From positions 858,942 to 922,941 of the forward strand of contig CAVPLT010000007.1 in NCBI GenBank assembly GCA_963706325.1: 64,000 nt of DNA, in the 5' to 3' direction. Position 1 is the stretch's first letter; every line of letters begins with the position of its first letter. The translations under genes and the position numbers were made by a program. Source of the DNA: an uncultured Nitrospiraceae bacterium. Its GTDB lineage: Bacteria; Nitrospirota; Nitrospiria; Nitrospirales; Nitrospiraceae. The notes beneath the pieces are model-generated. The model did not search any database. It was given only the letters and a program-made list of their open reading frames with translations, and was not told where the DNA came from. This document shows positions 52,276-62,009 of the stretch, piece by piece.

Positions 52276-53340
52276 ATGTCCCAGACACAGAACGCTGCAA
52301 TTGCCGTGGTTGGTATCGATATCGGCAAGAACTCTTTCCACATCGTGGGCCACGATGAGCGTGGCGCGATTGTGTTGCGTCAGAAATGGTCGCGTGGCCA
52401 GGTCGAGGCCCGCTTTGCCAATATGTCGCCGTGCCTGGTCGGCATGGAAGCCTGCGTCGGTGCGCATCATCTCAGCCGCAAGCTAAATAGCCTTGGACAC
52501 AATGCCCGGCTGATGCCGGCGAAGTACGTTCGTCCCTATTCCAGAGGCCAGAAGAATGACTTCCGCGATGCCGAGGCCATCGCCGAGGCGGTGCAGCGAC
52601 CGACCATGAAGTTCGTCGCGACCAAGACCGCGGATCAGCTGGACCTGCAGGCACTGCACCGGGTACGGGAGCGCCTGGTCAGCCAGCGCACCGGCATTAT
52701 CAATCAAATTCGCGCCTTCCTGCTCGAGCGCGGCATTGCGGTGCGGCAAGGACAACGGTTTCTGCGTGCCGAGTTGCCGCGCATCCTGGCCACGCCACCA
52801 GATGTCCTGTCGCCTCGCATGGTGCGCATGATCGAAGACCTGGCCGGCGACTGGCGCCGGCTCGACGAGCGGGTCGAGAGTTTGTCGAACGAGATCGAAA
52901 CCATCGCGCGCCAGGATGCCGGTTGCGAACGGTTGATGAGCGTGCCCGGCATCGGACCGATCATCTCCAGCGCGATGGTGGCCGCCATCGGCGCAGGCGA
53001 TGTGTTCACCAAGGGCCGAGATTTTGCCGCCTGGCTCGGGCTCGTTCCCAAGCAGATATCGACCGGCGACCGCACCATCCTCGGCAAGATATCCAGGCGT
53101 GGCAATCGTTACCTGCGGGTTCTGTTCGTGCAGGCCGCGTGGGTCGTGCTGATCAAGCCGAAGATCTGGGAGCGCCACGGGCTCAAGCCCTGGATCGAGG
53201 CGGCCAGGAAGCGGCTGCATCACAACGTGCTGGCGATCGCCCTCGCCAATAAACTGGCCCGCATCGCCTGGAGCGTCCTGGCCCATGGCCGGGCATTCGA
53301 GGCGCGGAAGATCGATCAGGCCGCGAACCAATCCGCTTGA
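52276..53340 (+). CDS. IS110-family DEDD recombinase/transposase
   Basis: GIDIGK, GMEAC, KNDFRDAEAI, GLVPKQISTG, ALANKLARI. Confidence 0.95.
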   Translation: MSQTQNAAIAVVGIDIGKNSFHIVGHDERGAIVLRQKWSRGQVEARFANMSPCLVGMEACVGAHHLSRKLNSLGHNARLMPAKYVRPYSRGQKNDFRDAEAIAEAVQRPTMKFVATKTADQLDLQALHRVRERLVSQRTGIINQIRAFLLERGIAVRQGQRFLRAELPRILATPPDVLSPRMVRMIEDLAGDWRRLDERVESLSNEIETIARQDAGCERLMSVPGIGPIISSAMVAAIGAGDVFTKGRDFAAWLGLVPKQISTGDRTILGKISRRGNRYLRVLFVQAAWVVLIKPKIWERHGLKPWIEAARKRLHHNVLAIALANKLARIAWSVLAHGRAFEARKIDQAANQSA

Positions 53341-53634
53341 TTCCTATTCCACGCCAACGGCTACAGAGAACGGAAAACGAGGAGCCCGCCATGACCTAGC
53401 CAGATGATGCGATTTACCTGCCGAGGTCTGCGAGAGGATGAGACGAGATGGAGGTTCGGTCTTCCCGGCGCATGCGAACACTGGTGACCCGAATGGCCCG
53501 TTGAGGCCTGTCCGTTAATGAGATCGCACGCGCGCTGATATCCATGATGGCCCGCGGAGCAAATGCTCCAATCAAAGGCCGGATACATTGATGCAAGACC
53601 GCTCACCGCCAACTCGGCGAAATCCACTTGCAAC
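53341..53634 (+). ncRNA. Candidate bridge/seekRNA in the IS1111 downstream non-coding region
   Basis: Position and length as expected for IS1111-group guide RNAs; fold not computed. Confidence 0.6.
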
Positions 53635-53699
53635 GCACGGCCGGACCATTGGTCAATCGCGTCGAATGGTTGCTCCCGTCATAGGTCCGCTTTTCTCCT

Positions 53700-54840
53700 A
53701 GATGGGTTCGGCCGGCGTTGTGGATAGCTGAAGATTTGGGTGCTGCGCTTCAGGCTGATGGTGAAAACGAGGTCCTTGGTGACGGCCTCAAGCATCAGAA
53801 GGAGAAGCGCAGCATGGACCATTTTGGTGGATTGGACGTATCGGTCAAGGAGACCAGCATCTGCATTGTGGATGACACGGGCAGGATCGTGAAGGAAGTG
53901 AAGGTAGCGAGCGAACCTGCAGCCCTGCTGAAGGTTCTGGGGAACCCCACCTACCGCTTCAAGCGGATCGGACTGGAAGCCGGGCCGCTGTCGCAATGGC
54001 TGTTCAGCGCTCTCGCCGAGGCCGAGTTACCGGTGATCTGTGTCGAGACGCGGCACATGCAGGCGGTGCTGAAGGCGCAGATCAACAAGACCGACCGCAA
54101 TGACGCGCGCGGCATCGCTCAGATGATCCGGGTGGGACTGTACCGTCCGGTGCATGTGAAGACGCTCCGCAGTCAGAAACTGCGAATGCTGCTGACCCAT
54201 CGCAAGCTTCTGCAGTCGAAGGCCATCGCCATCGAGAACGATCTGCGAGGTACTTTGCGCAACTTCGGCCTCAAGGTCGGAATGGTTGGCAAGGTGAGGT
54301 TCGAGGCCCGCATTCAGGAGCTTGTCGAGAATATCCCCGACTTGGCGGTGCTGGCGGAGCCGCTGCTCATCGTCCGGCGGGTGCTCCGTGAACAGATCGT
54401 CATCCTGCACCGTCGCTTGCTGGCTATCGTCCGGGAGGATGAGGTTTGCCGGCGCCTAATGACGACCCCCGGTGTCGGCCCCGTGGTGGCGCTGACCTAT
54501 CGCGCTACTGTCGATGTGCCTGCCCGGTTCCGGAAATCCAAGTCAGTCGGGGCGGTGTTTGGGCTGACGTGCTCCAGGTATCAATCAGGCGAGATCGATT
54601 GGAGCGGCAAAATATCGCGCTGTGGCGATGAGATGATGCGGACGATGCTCTACGAAGCTGCTCAGAGCATGATGCATTCAAAAAAATGGTCCTGGCTCAA
54701 GGCGTGGGCCATGCAGATCGCCAGGCGCCGCGGGATGAAAAAGGCGATCGTGGCCTTGGCACGCCGGCTCGCCGTGATCATGCATCGCATATGGGTTGAC
54801 GGCACCGAGTTCTGCTGGACCAGAGAACAAGCTACAGCGG
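53700..54840 (+). mobile_element. Second IS110-family element (CDS from ATG 53814), right end and stop lost
   Basis: GLDVSVKET, GLEAG, KTDRNDARGIA, YQSGE, ALARRLAVIMH; reads through into the antisense of the nuclease gene. Confidence 0.9.
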
Positions 54841-54883
54841 ACATGAGGGGAAGCGCCGTGACGAGTAGCGCACCCGGTTTACA

Positions 54884-55435
54884 TCAGCACCAAGGGCGCG
54901 GCATTGTGGGGCAGCTAGTCGCGCCGCAAGCAAAGCGCACTGCCAATCCCTCACCGATCAATGTTGATCCCACGTCCACGCCATTGACCCGGAGCGTTCC
55001 GCAGCGGCGGCCGAAGTTGCAGGCGTTCGTGCCTTCCGTCCCCGGCGGACAAGAGCAAGCGACTTGCTGGAAATCGGGACGACCGTTGCTGACTAGTTCG
55101 CGAAGTCGCCGCCCGGCGGCTTCGCCCTTCTGGCGTTCTGCCTCGCATCGCGCCCGGCTTCCTGTTTCGGGTGCGTTGAAGCCTACCAATCGGACGTTCG
55201 GCCGACCGTCATTTAGGCCAATTGTATCCCCGTCGATCACGTGCACCGAGATAGGCGCGGCCGTATGGATCATTGACTTGGCCGGGGGTGTGACCGTCGC
55301 CTTCGGCGCACTGGAAAGCTGCGACGCGACCTGAAGGGCGGCGTAGCCGATAAAAACACAAACCGCGATCAAGCACGTAAAATATCGAGAGTTATTCGGT
55401 CGCGCCCTAAAGCCAATGATCATCGGCTCGTCCAT
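54884..55435 (-). CDS. Thermonuclease (SNase) family protein
   Basis: TM anchor; VIDGDTI, VRLVGFNAPE, FGRRCG, DVGSTLIGEGLA. Confidence 0.9.
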   Translation of the reverse strand: MDEPMIIGFRARPNNSRYFTCLIAVCVFIGYAALQVASQLSSAPKATVTPPAKSMIHTAAPISVHVIDGDTIGLNDGRPNVRLVGFNAPETGSRARCEAERQKGEAAGRRLRELVSNGRPDFQQVACSCPPGTEGTNACNFGRRCGTLRVNGVDVGSTLIGEGLAVRFACGATSCPTMPRPWC

Positions 55436-55578
55436 CCGGTGCTGGGACTTAGTTCGACGGGAGCGAATTGTGCCGCCCGAAGGTTAAGACCCTATGAGTT
55501 TGACGCCGCACAGCACGCACCATGCGATGAGGCAGGCGCGTGGCGTCGGACTCCACTGGATGCTAAATGAGCGGGAAG

Positions 55579-55806
55579 CTATGTAGGCGGCTGCAAAGGG
55601 CTGAGGAGCCATTTCATCGCATCTGGAATCGGGTCGTTCGCAACTTGGCAATCTTTAGCGGTGCCGCACTTCGAGCATTCGAATTTACGCGTTTCGAATT
55701 CTTTCGATGATCCGGGCGTGACTCCGGCAAAGGCCATCCGTATTCCGCACCTTGGGCAGCGAGGGCGCTCCAATGCGTCAATCATTGAGGGCGGCGGCTT
55801 CGTCAT
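55579..55806 (-). CDS. Small zinc-ribbon protein
   Basis: RPRCPRCGIRM...RKFECSKCG. Confidence 0.65.
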   Translation of the reverse strand: MTKPPPSMIDALERPRCPRCGIRMAFAGVTPGSSKEFETRKFECSKCGTAKDCQVANDPIPDAMKWLLSPLQPPT

Positions 55807-55992
55807 GGCTGAAACCAACGACGTGGAACTCAGGAATATTAGGCGTCCGCAGGCGGGCTGGCAAGAGAGTTCCGCGTCGTTGCGTCATCGCGTGTCGAAG
55901 CCGCATACCAACCGTTAACGCTGTCCGACTCAATTTTCCTCAAGTTGGAACGACTTCCGTAAGCTGCTCTTGGTTTTGAACAGCGCCGGGGA

Positions 55993-56181
55993 ATGCCCGT
56001 GAAATTGTTCACCGCCTTGACTAGCTTCCTGCATCAGCCACAACCGCCGACGCCGCCCGCGCCAGCGCAGTTTGACGATGGACTAGCCGAGATCGCCCGG
56101 TTGATCGAGCGCGAAGTACCTGCCGGGGACGCTGAAGTCAGGCCGAAAACGTCGTCGAAGGATAAGGCGTCGAACACTTAG
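55993..56181 (+). CDS. Small hypothetical protein
   Basis: 62-aa ORF, FDDGLAEIARLI. Confidence 0.4.
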   Translation: MPVKLFTALTSFLHQPQPPTPPAPAQFDDGLAEIARLIEREVPAGDAEVRPKTSSKDKASNT

Positions 56182-56428
56182 CCGGACCCGTCTATTCCGA
56201 CACTGGATGCGCATCGCGGCTGGCCTCGAATGGGCCCGTCAGCGGACTTTATTGGGCTACGAGCACTGGCACCGCTGGTCGTTGCAGTGTCGCCGACTGT
56301 TCCAAGCGAGCGGCCTAAGTTGAAATATTCAGTGGCTTAATTTGATGGTTTATAACCATCCTAAACTGCTTGTCGCCCATCTGGACCAAGCTAGAATCTG
56401 TCCAGCGAAACCACTTGGGGACACTTCC

Positions 56429-56605
56429 ATGCACGCTTACAGAGCGTACGTGATCGGACCGGATGGCCATATCGTCCATCGCGTGGACCTCATGGTTGAG
56501 GACGACGAAGCCGCCAAGGAGCGCGCAAAACTCCTTATTGATGGTCGCGCCGTCGAGCTATGGGATCGTGGGCGGAAGATCGCGGATTTCAGACCGCTCC
56601 ACTAG
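56429..56605 (+). CDS. Small conserved hypothetical protein
   Basis: YRAYVIGPDGHI...DDEAAKERAK.L.DGRAVELW. Confidence 0.7.
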   Translation: MHAYRAYVIGPDGHIVHRVDLMVEDDEAAKERAKLLIDGRAVELWDRGRKIADFRPLH

Positions 56606-56915
56606 AAATGCTTCCTAGTGGCTTCGAGCGCGAAGGGACGATTAACCGTCTGCGCAAAGCTCGTACAATTCTAAAAGTTGGGTTTGTACGAAATGCAGGA
56701 AGCCCCTGCAGCACAGGCACAACTTGAATTTTCAGCCCCTAACAATAAGTTGCTGGCGAATCAACCGGACGGTTTTGCAAGCGATTACGCGTCCTAGCGC
56801 TTATCGTCCCGACCCCGAAAACGCCCCGGCCGAAGCGACGTCCCCCAAACGTCCCCAAGTCGAAAGCGGCCACCGCCGCCCCCTTATGGGAGCGGCTAAG
56901 GCGCTGTGTTCGTGA

Positions 56916-56972
56916 AGGAAAATCTGGAGCGGGCGAAGGGGCTCGAACCCTCGACCCCGACCTTGGCAAGGT
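56916..56972 (-). mobile_element. att site: 3' half of tRNA-Gly(GCC), inverted relative to 6738-6793
   Basis: Identical to the left copy except for one extra G; no 5' half. Confidence 0.9.
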
Positions 56973-57135
56973 CAGGCTTTTGTTGGCCGAGTGAGAGACC
57001 CGTCGACCATCGCCGTGGCAATATCAACGTAAGTTAAAGGGTTCTTTTAGGGAAGCTCGGTGCTTCCGGGCTACTCTTCCTTGCAAATCCCGTAAAAGGC
57101 CAATAATTTTTGCACGGTAAGTAGTGACTAAGTAC

Positions 57136-57212
57136 TGGCGCGCCCGAAGAGATTCGAACTCCTGACCCCCAGATTCGTAGTCTGGTGCTCTATCCAGCTG
57201 AGCTACGGGCGC
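57136..57212 (-). tRNA. tRNA-Arg(ACG)
   Basis: GCGCCCGTAGCTCAGCTGGATAGAGCACCAGACTACGAATCTGGGGGTCAGGAGTTCGAATCTCTTCGGGCGCGCCA, 77 nt with CCA. Confidence 0.98.
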
Positions 57213-57469
57213 GTTTTCGCTTGTGCATTTGGACCTTAAGGGGCCCGGATGCGTCCGAACAAGGTCCGGACGGTCGCGAAAGAGCGCTTTAGCTACCCGC
57301 TCCCGCCCGGCTTTGCAAGGTCCCGGAAAGCAGGTTCTGACCGGCGGATCCGGGGCAGTTAATCCGATGTCATTGCGGGCCGTGCGATGGCGGGGCGATG
57401 CAATCTCCCTGTAATCACATCGGGATTCCGGTTCGCATCGTCCCGGAATGACGTGGAAATGGCCGCGCT

Positions 57470-58945
57470 TTACGCCCGCGCCCGCTCGTTGCGGACGCTC
57501 TGCAGTTCCACCGGGCGGTCGGGGATCGAGACCCGGAAGGTGGCGCCGATGGTGCCTTCGACCAGATGGATGTCGCCGCCATGGGCGCGGATCAGTTCGG
57601 CGGCGATCGCCAGCCCAAGCCCGCTGCCGCCGGGGCGGCCGGAGGTCTGGAACGCCTCGAACAAATGCTCGCGCGCCCTCGCCGGCACGCCGGGGCCGGT
57701 GTCGGAGACCTCGATGATCGCGACCGAGCCTTCGCGGCGGCCGGTGATGCGGATCTGCAAGGCCGCCGCGTCGCCCTTGGCGCTTTCCAGCGCCTGGGCG
57801 GCATTGCGCACCAGATTGAGCAGCACGCGAAACAGCTGGTCGGGATCGGCGTCGATCGAGAGCGAGCGCTCGATCGCGCTGATCCAGGTGATCGAGGCGT
57901 CGGCGGCAAGGCCGGCGAATTCGCGCACCTCGGTCACCACGGGTTCGACCAGGATCATGCGACGATCGGGCTCGGCCTCCTGCGCGCGGCCATAGGAAAG
58001 CGTCGACTGGCAGAAATCGATGGCGCGCTCCAGCGAGCGCATCAGTTTCGGCGCAAAGCGCTGCACGCGCGGGTCCGGCACGCTGGCGAGTTGATCCGAC
58101 AGCAATTGCGAGGACGCGAGAAGGTTGCGCAGATCGTGGTTGATCTTCGACACCGCAAGCCCGAGCGCGGCGAGCCGGCTCTTCTGCGAGAGCATCGAAA
58201 CGAGATCGCGCTGCATGTCGGACAATTCGCGTTCCGCCACACCGATCTCGTCGCCGCGCTGGCTCGGCACGATGATGCGCGCGGCACTTTCGGGATTTTC
58301 GTGGAAGCCGACCAAATTCGCCGTCAGCCGCCGCATCGGGCGGACGAACAGATAATGTAGCGCCAGATAGACCAGCCCTGCGGCGAGCATCGCGATTCCC
58401 AGCGAGACCACCAGCAGGTTGCGGGAAAAGCGGTACATCGCCAGCCGCAACGGCTTTTCATCGACCACCACCTCGATGAATTGAGCGCCGCCGGGCGCGG
58501 GCCCCACCACGCGGATGGTCTGGTTGCCGGTCTCCAGCATGGTCTCGAAGGACTCGACGATTGCGGACCACACCGTCAGGGTCCGCATGTCGATGTCGCG
58601 ATCGATCGTCAGCGGCAGGTCGGCGCCGGCGAGCATCCGGCGCTGCTGCCCCATCTTGATGGCGACCGCGCGCGCCCCGACGCTGGTCAGGATCTGCCGC
58701 GCCAGCGAATCCGGCACCATGCCGAGCGGCGCGGCATCCAGCACCAGGGCAGCCGTGTTGGCGGCCGCGAGGCGGTCGTTCAGCCGGTTGGTCCAGAAAT
58801 TCGCGATCGACGGCACGTAGATCATCAGCAGGGCGATCATCACCAGCGGGATCGTCAGCAGCAGCAGCTTGCCGGACAGGCCGAGCCGACGCGAGCCCGA
58901 GGGCTGCGGCGCTTGAGGGGTCGGCTGGTCGTCGGTCGCTGACAC
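57470..58945 (-). CDS. Membrane HAMP sensor histidine kinase
   Basis: Two TMs, HAMP, KINHDLRN, NLVRNA, DTGPG, GSGLGL. Confidence 0.93.
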   Translation of the reverse strand: MSATDDQPTPQAPQPSGSRRLGLSGKLLLLTIPLVMIALLMIYVPSIANFWTNRLNDRLAAANTAALVLDAAPLGMVPDSLARQILTSVGARAVAIKMGQQRRMLAGADLPLTIDRDIDMRTLTVWSAIVESFETMLETGNQTIRVVGPAPGGAQFIEVVVDEKPLRLAMYRFSRNLLVVSLGIAMLAAGLVYLALHYLFVRPMRRLTANLVGFHENPESAARIIVPSQRGDEIGVAERELSDMQRDLVSMLSQKSRLAALGLAVSKINHDLRNLLASSQLLSDQLASVPDPRVQRFAPKLMRSLERAIDFCQSTLSYGRAQEAEPDRRMILVEPVVTEVREFAGLAADASITWISAIERSLSIDADPDQLFRVLLNLVRNAAQALESAKGDAAALQIRITGRREGSVAIIEVSDTGPGVPARAREHLFEAFQTSGRPGGSGLGLAIAAELIRAHGGDIHLVEGTIGATFRVSIPDRPVELQSVRNERARA

Positions 58946-59204
58946 GATATCCGCCTTGATATCTCTGTGCTTGGAGCTCCGCCGGAAAAGAGACCGGCGC
59001 TGGTCCTCACCCGTACACTGATTCCGAGGATGCGTTTCAGCCCCCGCGCGGTCAAATTACCGATCGCTAATGTCCTGACCTTGCCAGGACGTCGGCACGG
59101 GACTTGGGCACGCCGCCTTCTCGCCTCTAAAAACCCCGCGAAAACAGATATATTCGCCCCAATTGCGACGTTTCAAAGAACGGCGGCTGCGGCAACCCCC
59201 GACA

Positions 59205-59233
59205 TTGACGAAAACAGGTCGCTCCCGTATAAG
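59205..59233 (+). promoter_or_regulatory. Sigma70 promoter of the rpmH operon (TTGACG-N17-TATAAG)
   Basis: Near-consensus -35/-10 with 17-bp spacer. Confidence 0.7.
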
Positions 59234-59376
59234 CCGCGCCAACTGTCCGCGATGGCCCGGTTCCACCGGGGGCGGCTCGTTTGGGCCGTAAATGGCCCAT
59301 TTTCGGGCCGGCCCGCATCACCGGACTTGATCTCAATCCAACAGGCAAAATTGCCCGGTCAGCGGAGAACTACCCC

Positions 59377-59511
59377 GTGAAGCGGACTTATCAACCCAGC
59401 AAACTGGTGCGCAAGCGCCGTCACGGCTTCCGCGCCCGTCTCGCCACCGCCGGCGGCCGCAAGGTTCTCGCCGCTCGCCGTGCGCGTGGCCGCAAGCGTC
59501 TGAGCGCCTGA
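59377..59511 (+). CDS. rpmH: 50S ribosomal protein L34
   Basis: [24 protein letters not shown]...RKRLSA, GTG start. Confidence 0.98.
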   Translation: MKRTYQPSKLVRKRRHGFRARLATAGGRKVLAARRARGRKRLSA

Positions 59512-59536
59512 GCCGGATCTTCCGGAGATTTCATTC

Positions 59537-59985
59537 ATGGATCGGCTGAGGCAGCGGGCGGACTTTCTCGCCGTTGCCAATGGCACGCGGGCAAACAGCG
59601 CTGCCTTCGTGGTGCAGGGCCGCCTCCGCGACGATGATGGCCCGGTCCGGATCGGTTTCACCGTTACCAAAAAGAACGGTACCGCCACCGAGCGCAACCG
59701 CATCCGGCGCCGGCTTCGCGAACTCGTGAAGCGGCTGGACGTCATATCCATGCGACCACACCATGATTATGTGCTGGTGGGCCGCCGGGCGGCGCTCACC
59801 CGCGACTTCGCCACCATGCTCGACGATCTCCGTTCGGCGCTGCATCGCCTCGACCGGCAGCCGGCGACGAAAGCGTTTTCGAGCGAAGTGGGTACCGGTT
59901 CGCGTCAAGAAACGCGTCGAAACGAAAAGACAGTGGGTTCCGACGTCAGTCGGAACCGGGCGGCGCGAGCCGCAATCCGAATTGA
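59537..59985 (+). CDS. rnpA: Ribonuclease P protein component (probable 1-bp error near 59910)
   Basis: RLRQRADF, RIGFTVTKK, ERNRIRRRLRE; restoring one A gives a stop at 59983-59985. Confidence 0.92.
59870..59925 (+). repeat. Rhizobiales palindromic repeat inside the rnpA 3' end
   Basis: AAAGCGTTTTCGAGCGAAGTGGGTACCGGTTCGCGTCAAGAAACGCGTC. Confidence 0.7.
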
Positions 59986-60005
59986 ATGGCGAGATCTCAA
60001 AAACG

Positions 60006-61894
60006 ATGACCGACAATCGCAACACCATCCTCGCCGTTATTCTGTCCGGCCTTGTGCTGATCGCGTGGCAGTATTTCTACAACATGCCGCAGATGGAGCG
60101 GCAGCGCGCGCAAACCCAGAGCCAGGCCGAACTCGCCAAGCCGGCGCCGCAGACCACACCAGGGTCGACCGCGCCGGGATCGACCACGCCGCAACCAGGT
60201 GCGGCCGCTACGCCCGCCGGCCAGCCGGGCGCGGCTGCGCCCGTCGTCAGCCGTGACACCGCGATCGCGGCCTCGCCCCGCGTCAAGATCGAGACGCCGC
60301 GGGTTTCCGGCAGCATTGCGCTGAAGGGCGCGCGCATCGACGACCTGTCGCTGGAGAAATTCCGCGACACCGTCGATCCGAAGTCGCCCGCGATCGTGCT
60401 GTTCTCGCCGTCGAACACGGCTCATCCCTATTATGCCGAGTTCGGCTGGGTCGCGGCCTCGGGCTCGACGGCGGCGGATTCCCGATCGCGAGACGGTGTG
60501 GCAGCAGGAGGGCACGGGCGCGTTGTCGCCGAGCAACCCGGTGACGCTCAAATACGACAATGGCGAGGGCCTCACCTTCCGCCGCACCATTGCAATCGAC
60601 GAGCGCTATCTCTTCACCATCAGGGACGACGTCACCAATGTCGGCAGTGCGCCGGTTACGCTCTATCCGTTCGCTCTTATCTCTCGTCACGGTACGCCTG
60701 AGGTCTCGGGCTACTACATCCTGCATGAAGGCCTGATCGGCTATCTCGGTGAGAAGGGCCTGCAGGAGCACGGCTACAAGTCCGTCGCCGAGGCGCCCGT
60801 CCTGGGCAATGGCGGGCGGGGTTTTGAGTTCAACGTGACGAACGGCTGGCTTGGCATCACCGACAAGTACTGGGCCGCGGCGCTGTTGCCCGACACGTCG
60901 GCACGCCTCAAGGCGCGCTTCCTCGCCGAAGAGCCGGGCCCCAAGGTTCGTTATCAGACCGATTATCTGCAGGATCCGCAGACCATTGCGATCGGCGGCA
61001 CCGGCAGCGCCAATGCGCGGCTGTTCGCGGGCGCCAAGGAAGCCGGCGTCGTCGGCATCAATTTCCCGCTGGCCGGCCACGGCGGCTACAACAAGCAGCT
61101 CGAACTGAACCATTTCGACCTGTTGATCGACTGGGGCTGGTTCTACTTCATCACCAAGCCGATGTTCCTGGCGCTCGACTATTTCTTCCACCTGTTCGGC
61201 AATTTCGGCGTCGCCATTCTGCTGGTGACCGTGATCGTGAAGCTGCTGTTCTTCCCGCTCGCCAACAAATCCTATGCCTCGATGGCGAAGATGAAGTCGG
61301 TGCAGCCGCAACTCGCCGCGCTGAAGGAGCGCTATCCCGACGACCGCCAGAAGCAGCAGCAGGAGATGATGGAGATCTACCGCAAGGAGAAGATCAACCC
61401 GATCGCCGGTTGTCTTCCCCGTGGCGCTGCAGATCCCGGTGTTCTTCTCGCTCTACAAGGTGCTGTTCGTCACCATCGAAATGCGCCACGCGCCGTTCTA
61501 CGGCTGGATCAAGGACCTTTCGGCGCCCGACCCGACCAATCTGTTCAACCTGTTCGGCCTGCTCAGCTTCGACCCGACGCATCTGCCGGTGTTCGGGCAT
61601 TATCTTGCGCTCGGCATCTGGCCGATCATCATGGGCATCACGATGTGGTTCCAGATGAAGCTGAACCCGACGCCGCCGGATCCGACCCAGAAGATGATCT
61701 TCGACTGGATGCCGCTGATCTTCACCTTCATGCTGGCGGGCTTCCCGGCGGGTCTGGTGATCTACTGGGCCTGGAACAACCTGCTGTCGGTGCTGCAGCA
61801 GAGCTACATCATGCGCAAGAACGGCGTGAAGGTGGAGCTGTTCGACAATCTCAAGGCGACGTTTGCCTCGAAGAAGGCCGTCGAGAAGACCTGA
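60006..61894 (+). CDS. yidC: Membrane protein insertase YidC (two apparent frameshifts, ~60478 and ~61420)
   Basis: [59 protein letters not shown]. Confidence 0.96.
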
Positions 61895-61907
61895 TCAACT
61901 CTCTCCT

Positions 61908-61992
61908 CGTCATTGCGAGGAGCGAAGTGACGAAGCAATCCATGCCTGCGACATACCGCACTATGGATTGCTTCGCTGCGCTCGCAATGACG
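61908..61992. repeat. Long palindromic intergenic repeat CGTCATTGCGAG...GAAGCAATCCA...TGGATTGCTTC...CTCGCAATGACG
   Basis: Nested inverted repeats; common alphaproteobacterial repeat. Confidence 0.9.
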
Positions 61993-62009
61993 AACGGAAG
62001 AACCTTCGC

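Larger units (their letters stand above)
52203..53652 (+). mobile_element. IS1111-subgroup IS110 element, apparently complete
   Basis: Perfect 15-bp subterminal IR ATGGTCCGGCCGTGC (52210-52224 / 53635-53649); short left end, ~295-nt non-coding right end. Confidence 0.92.

Noticed and set aside
53718..55334. 538-aa 'extended' IS110 transposase as a novel fusion
   Set aside because: The extra ~165 aa is read-through into the antisense strand of the thermonuclease gene after loss of the IS right end.
60006..61894. yidC as a split gene or pseudogene
   Set aside because: Essential gene with otherwise intact sequence; best explained by sequencing indels.
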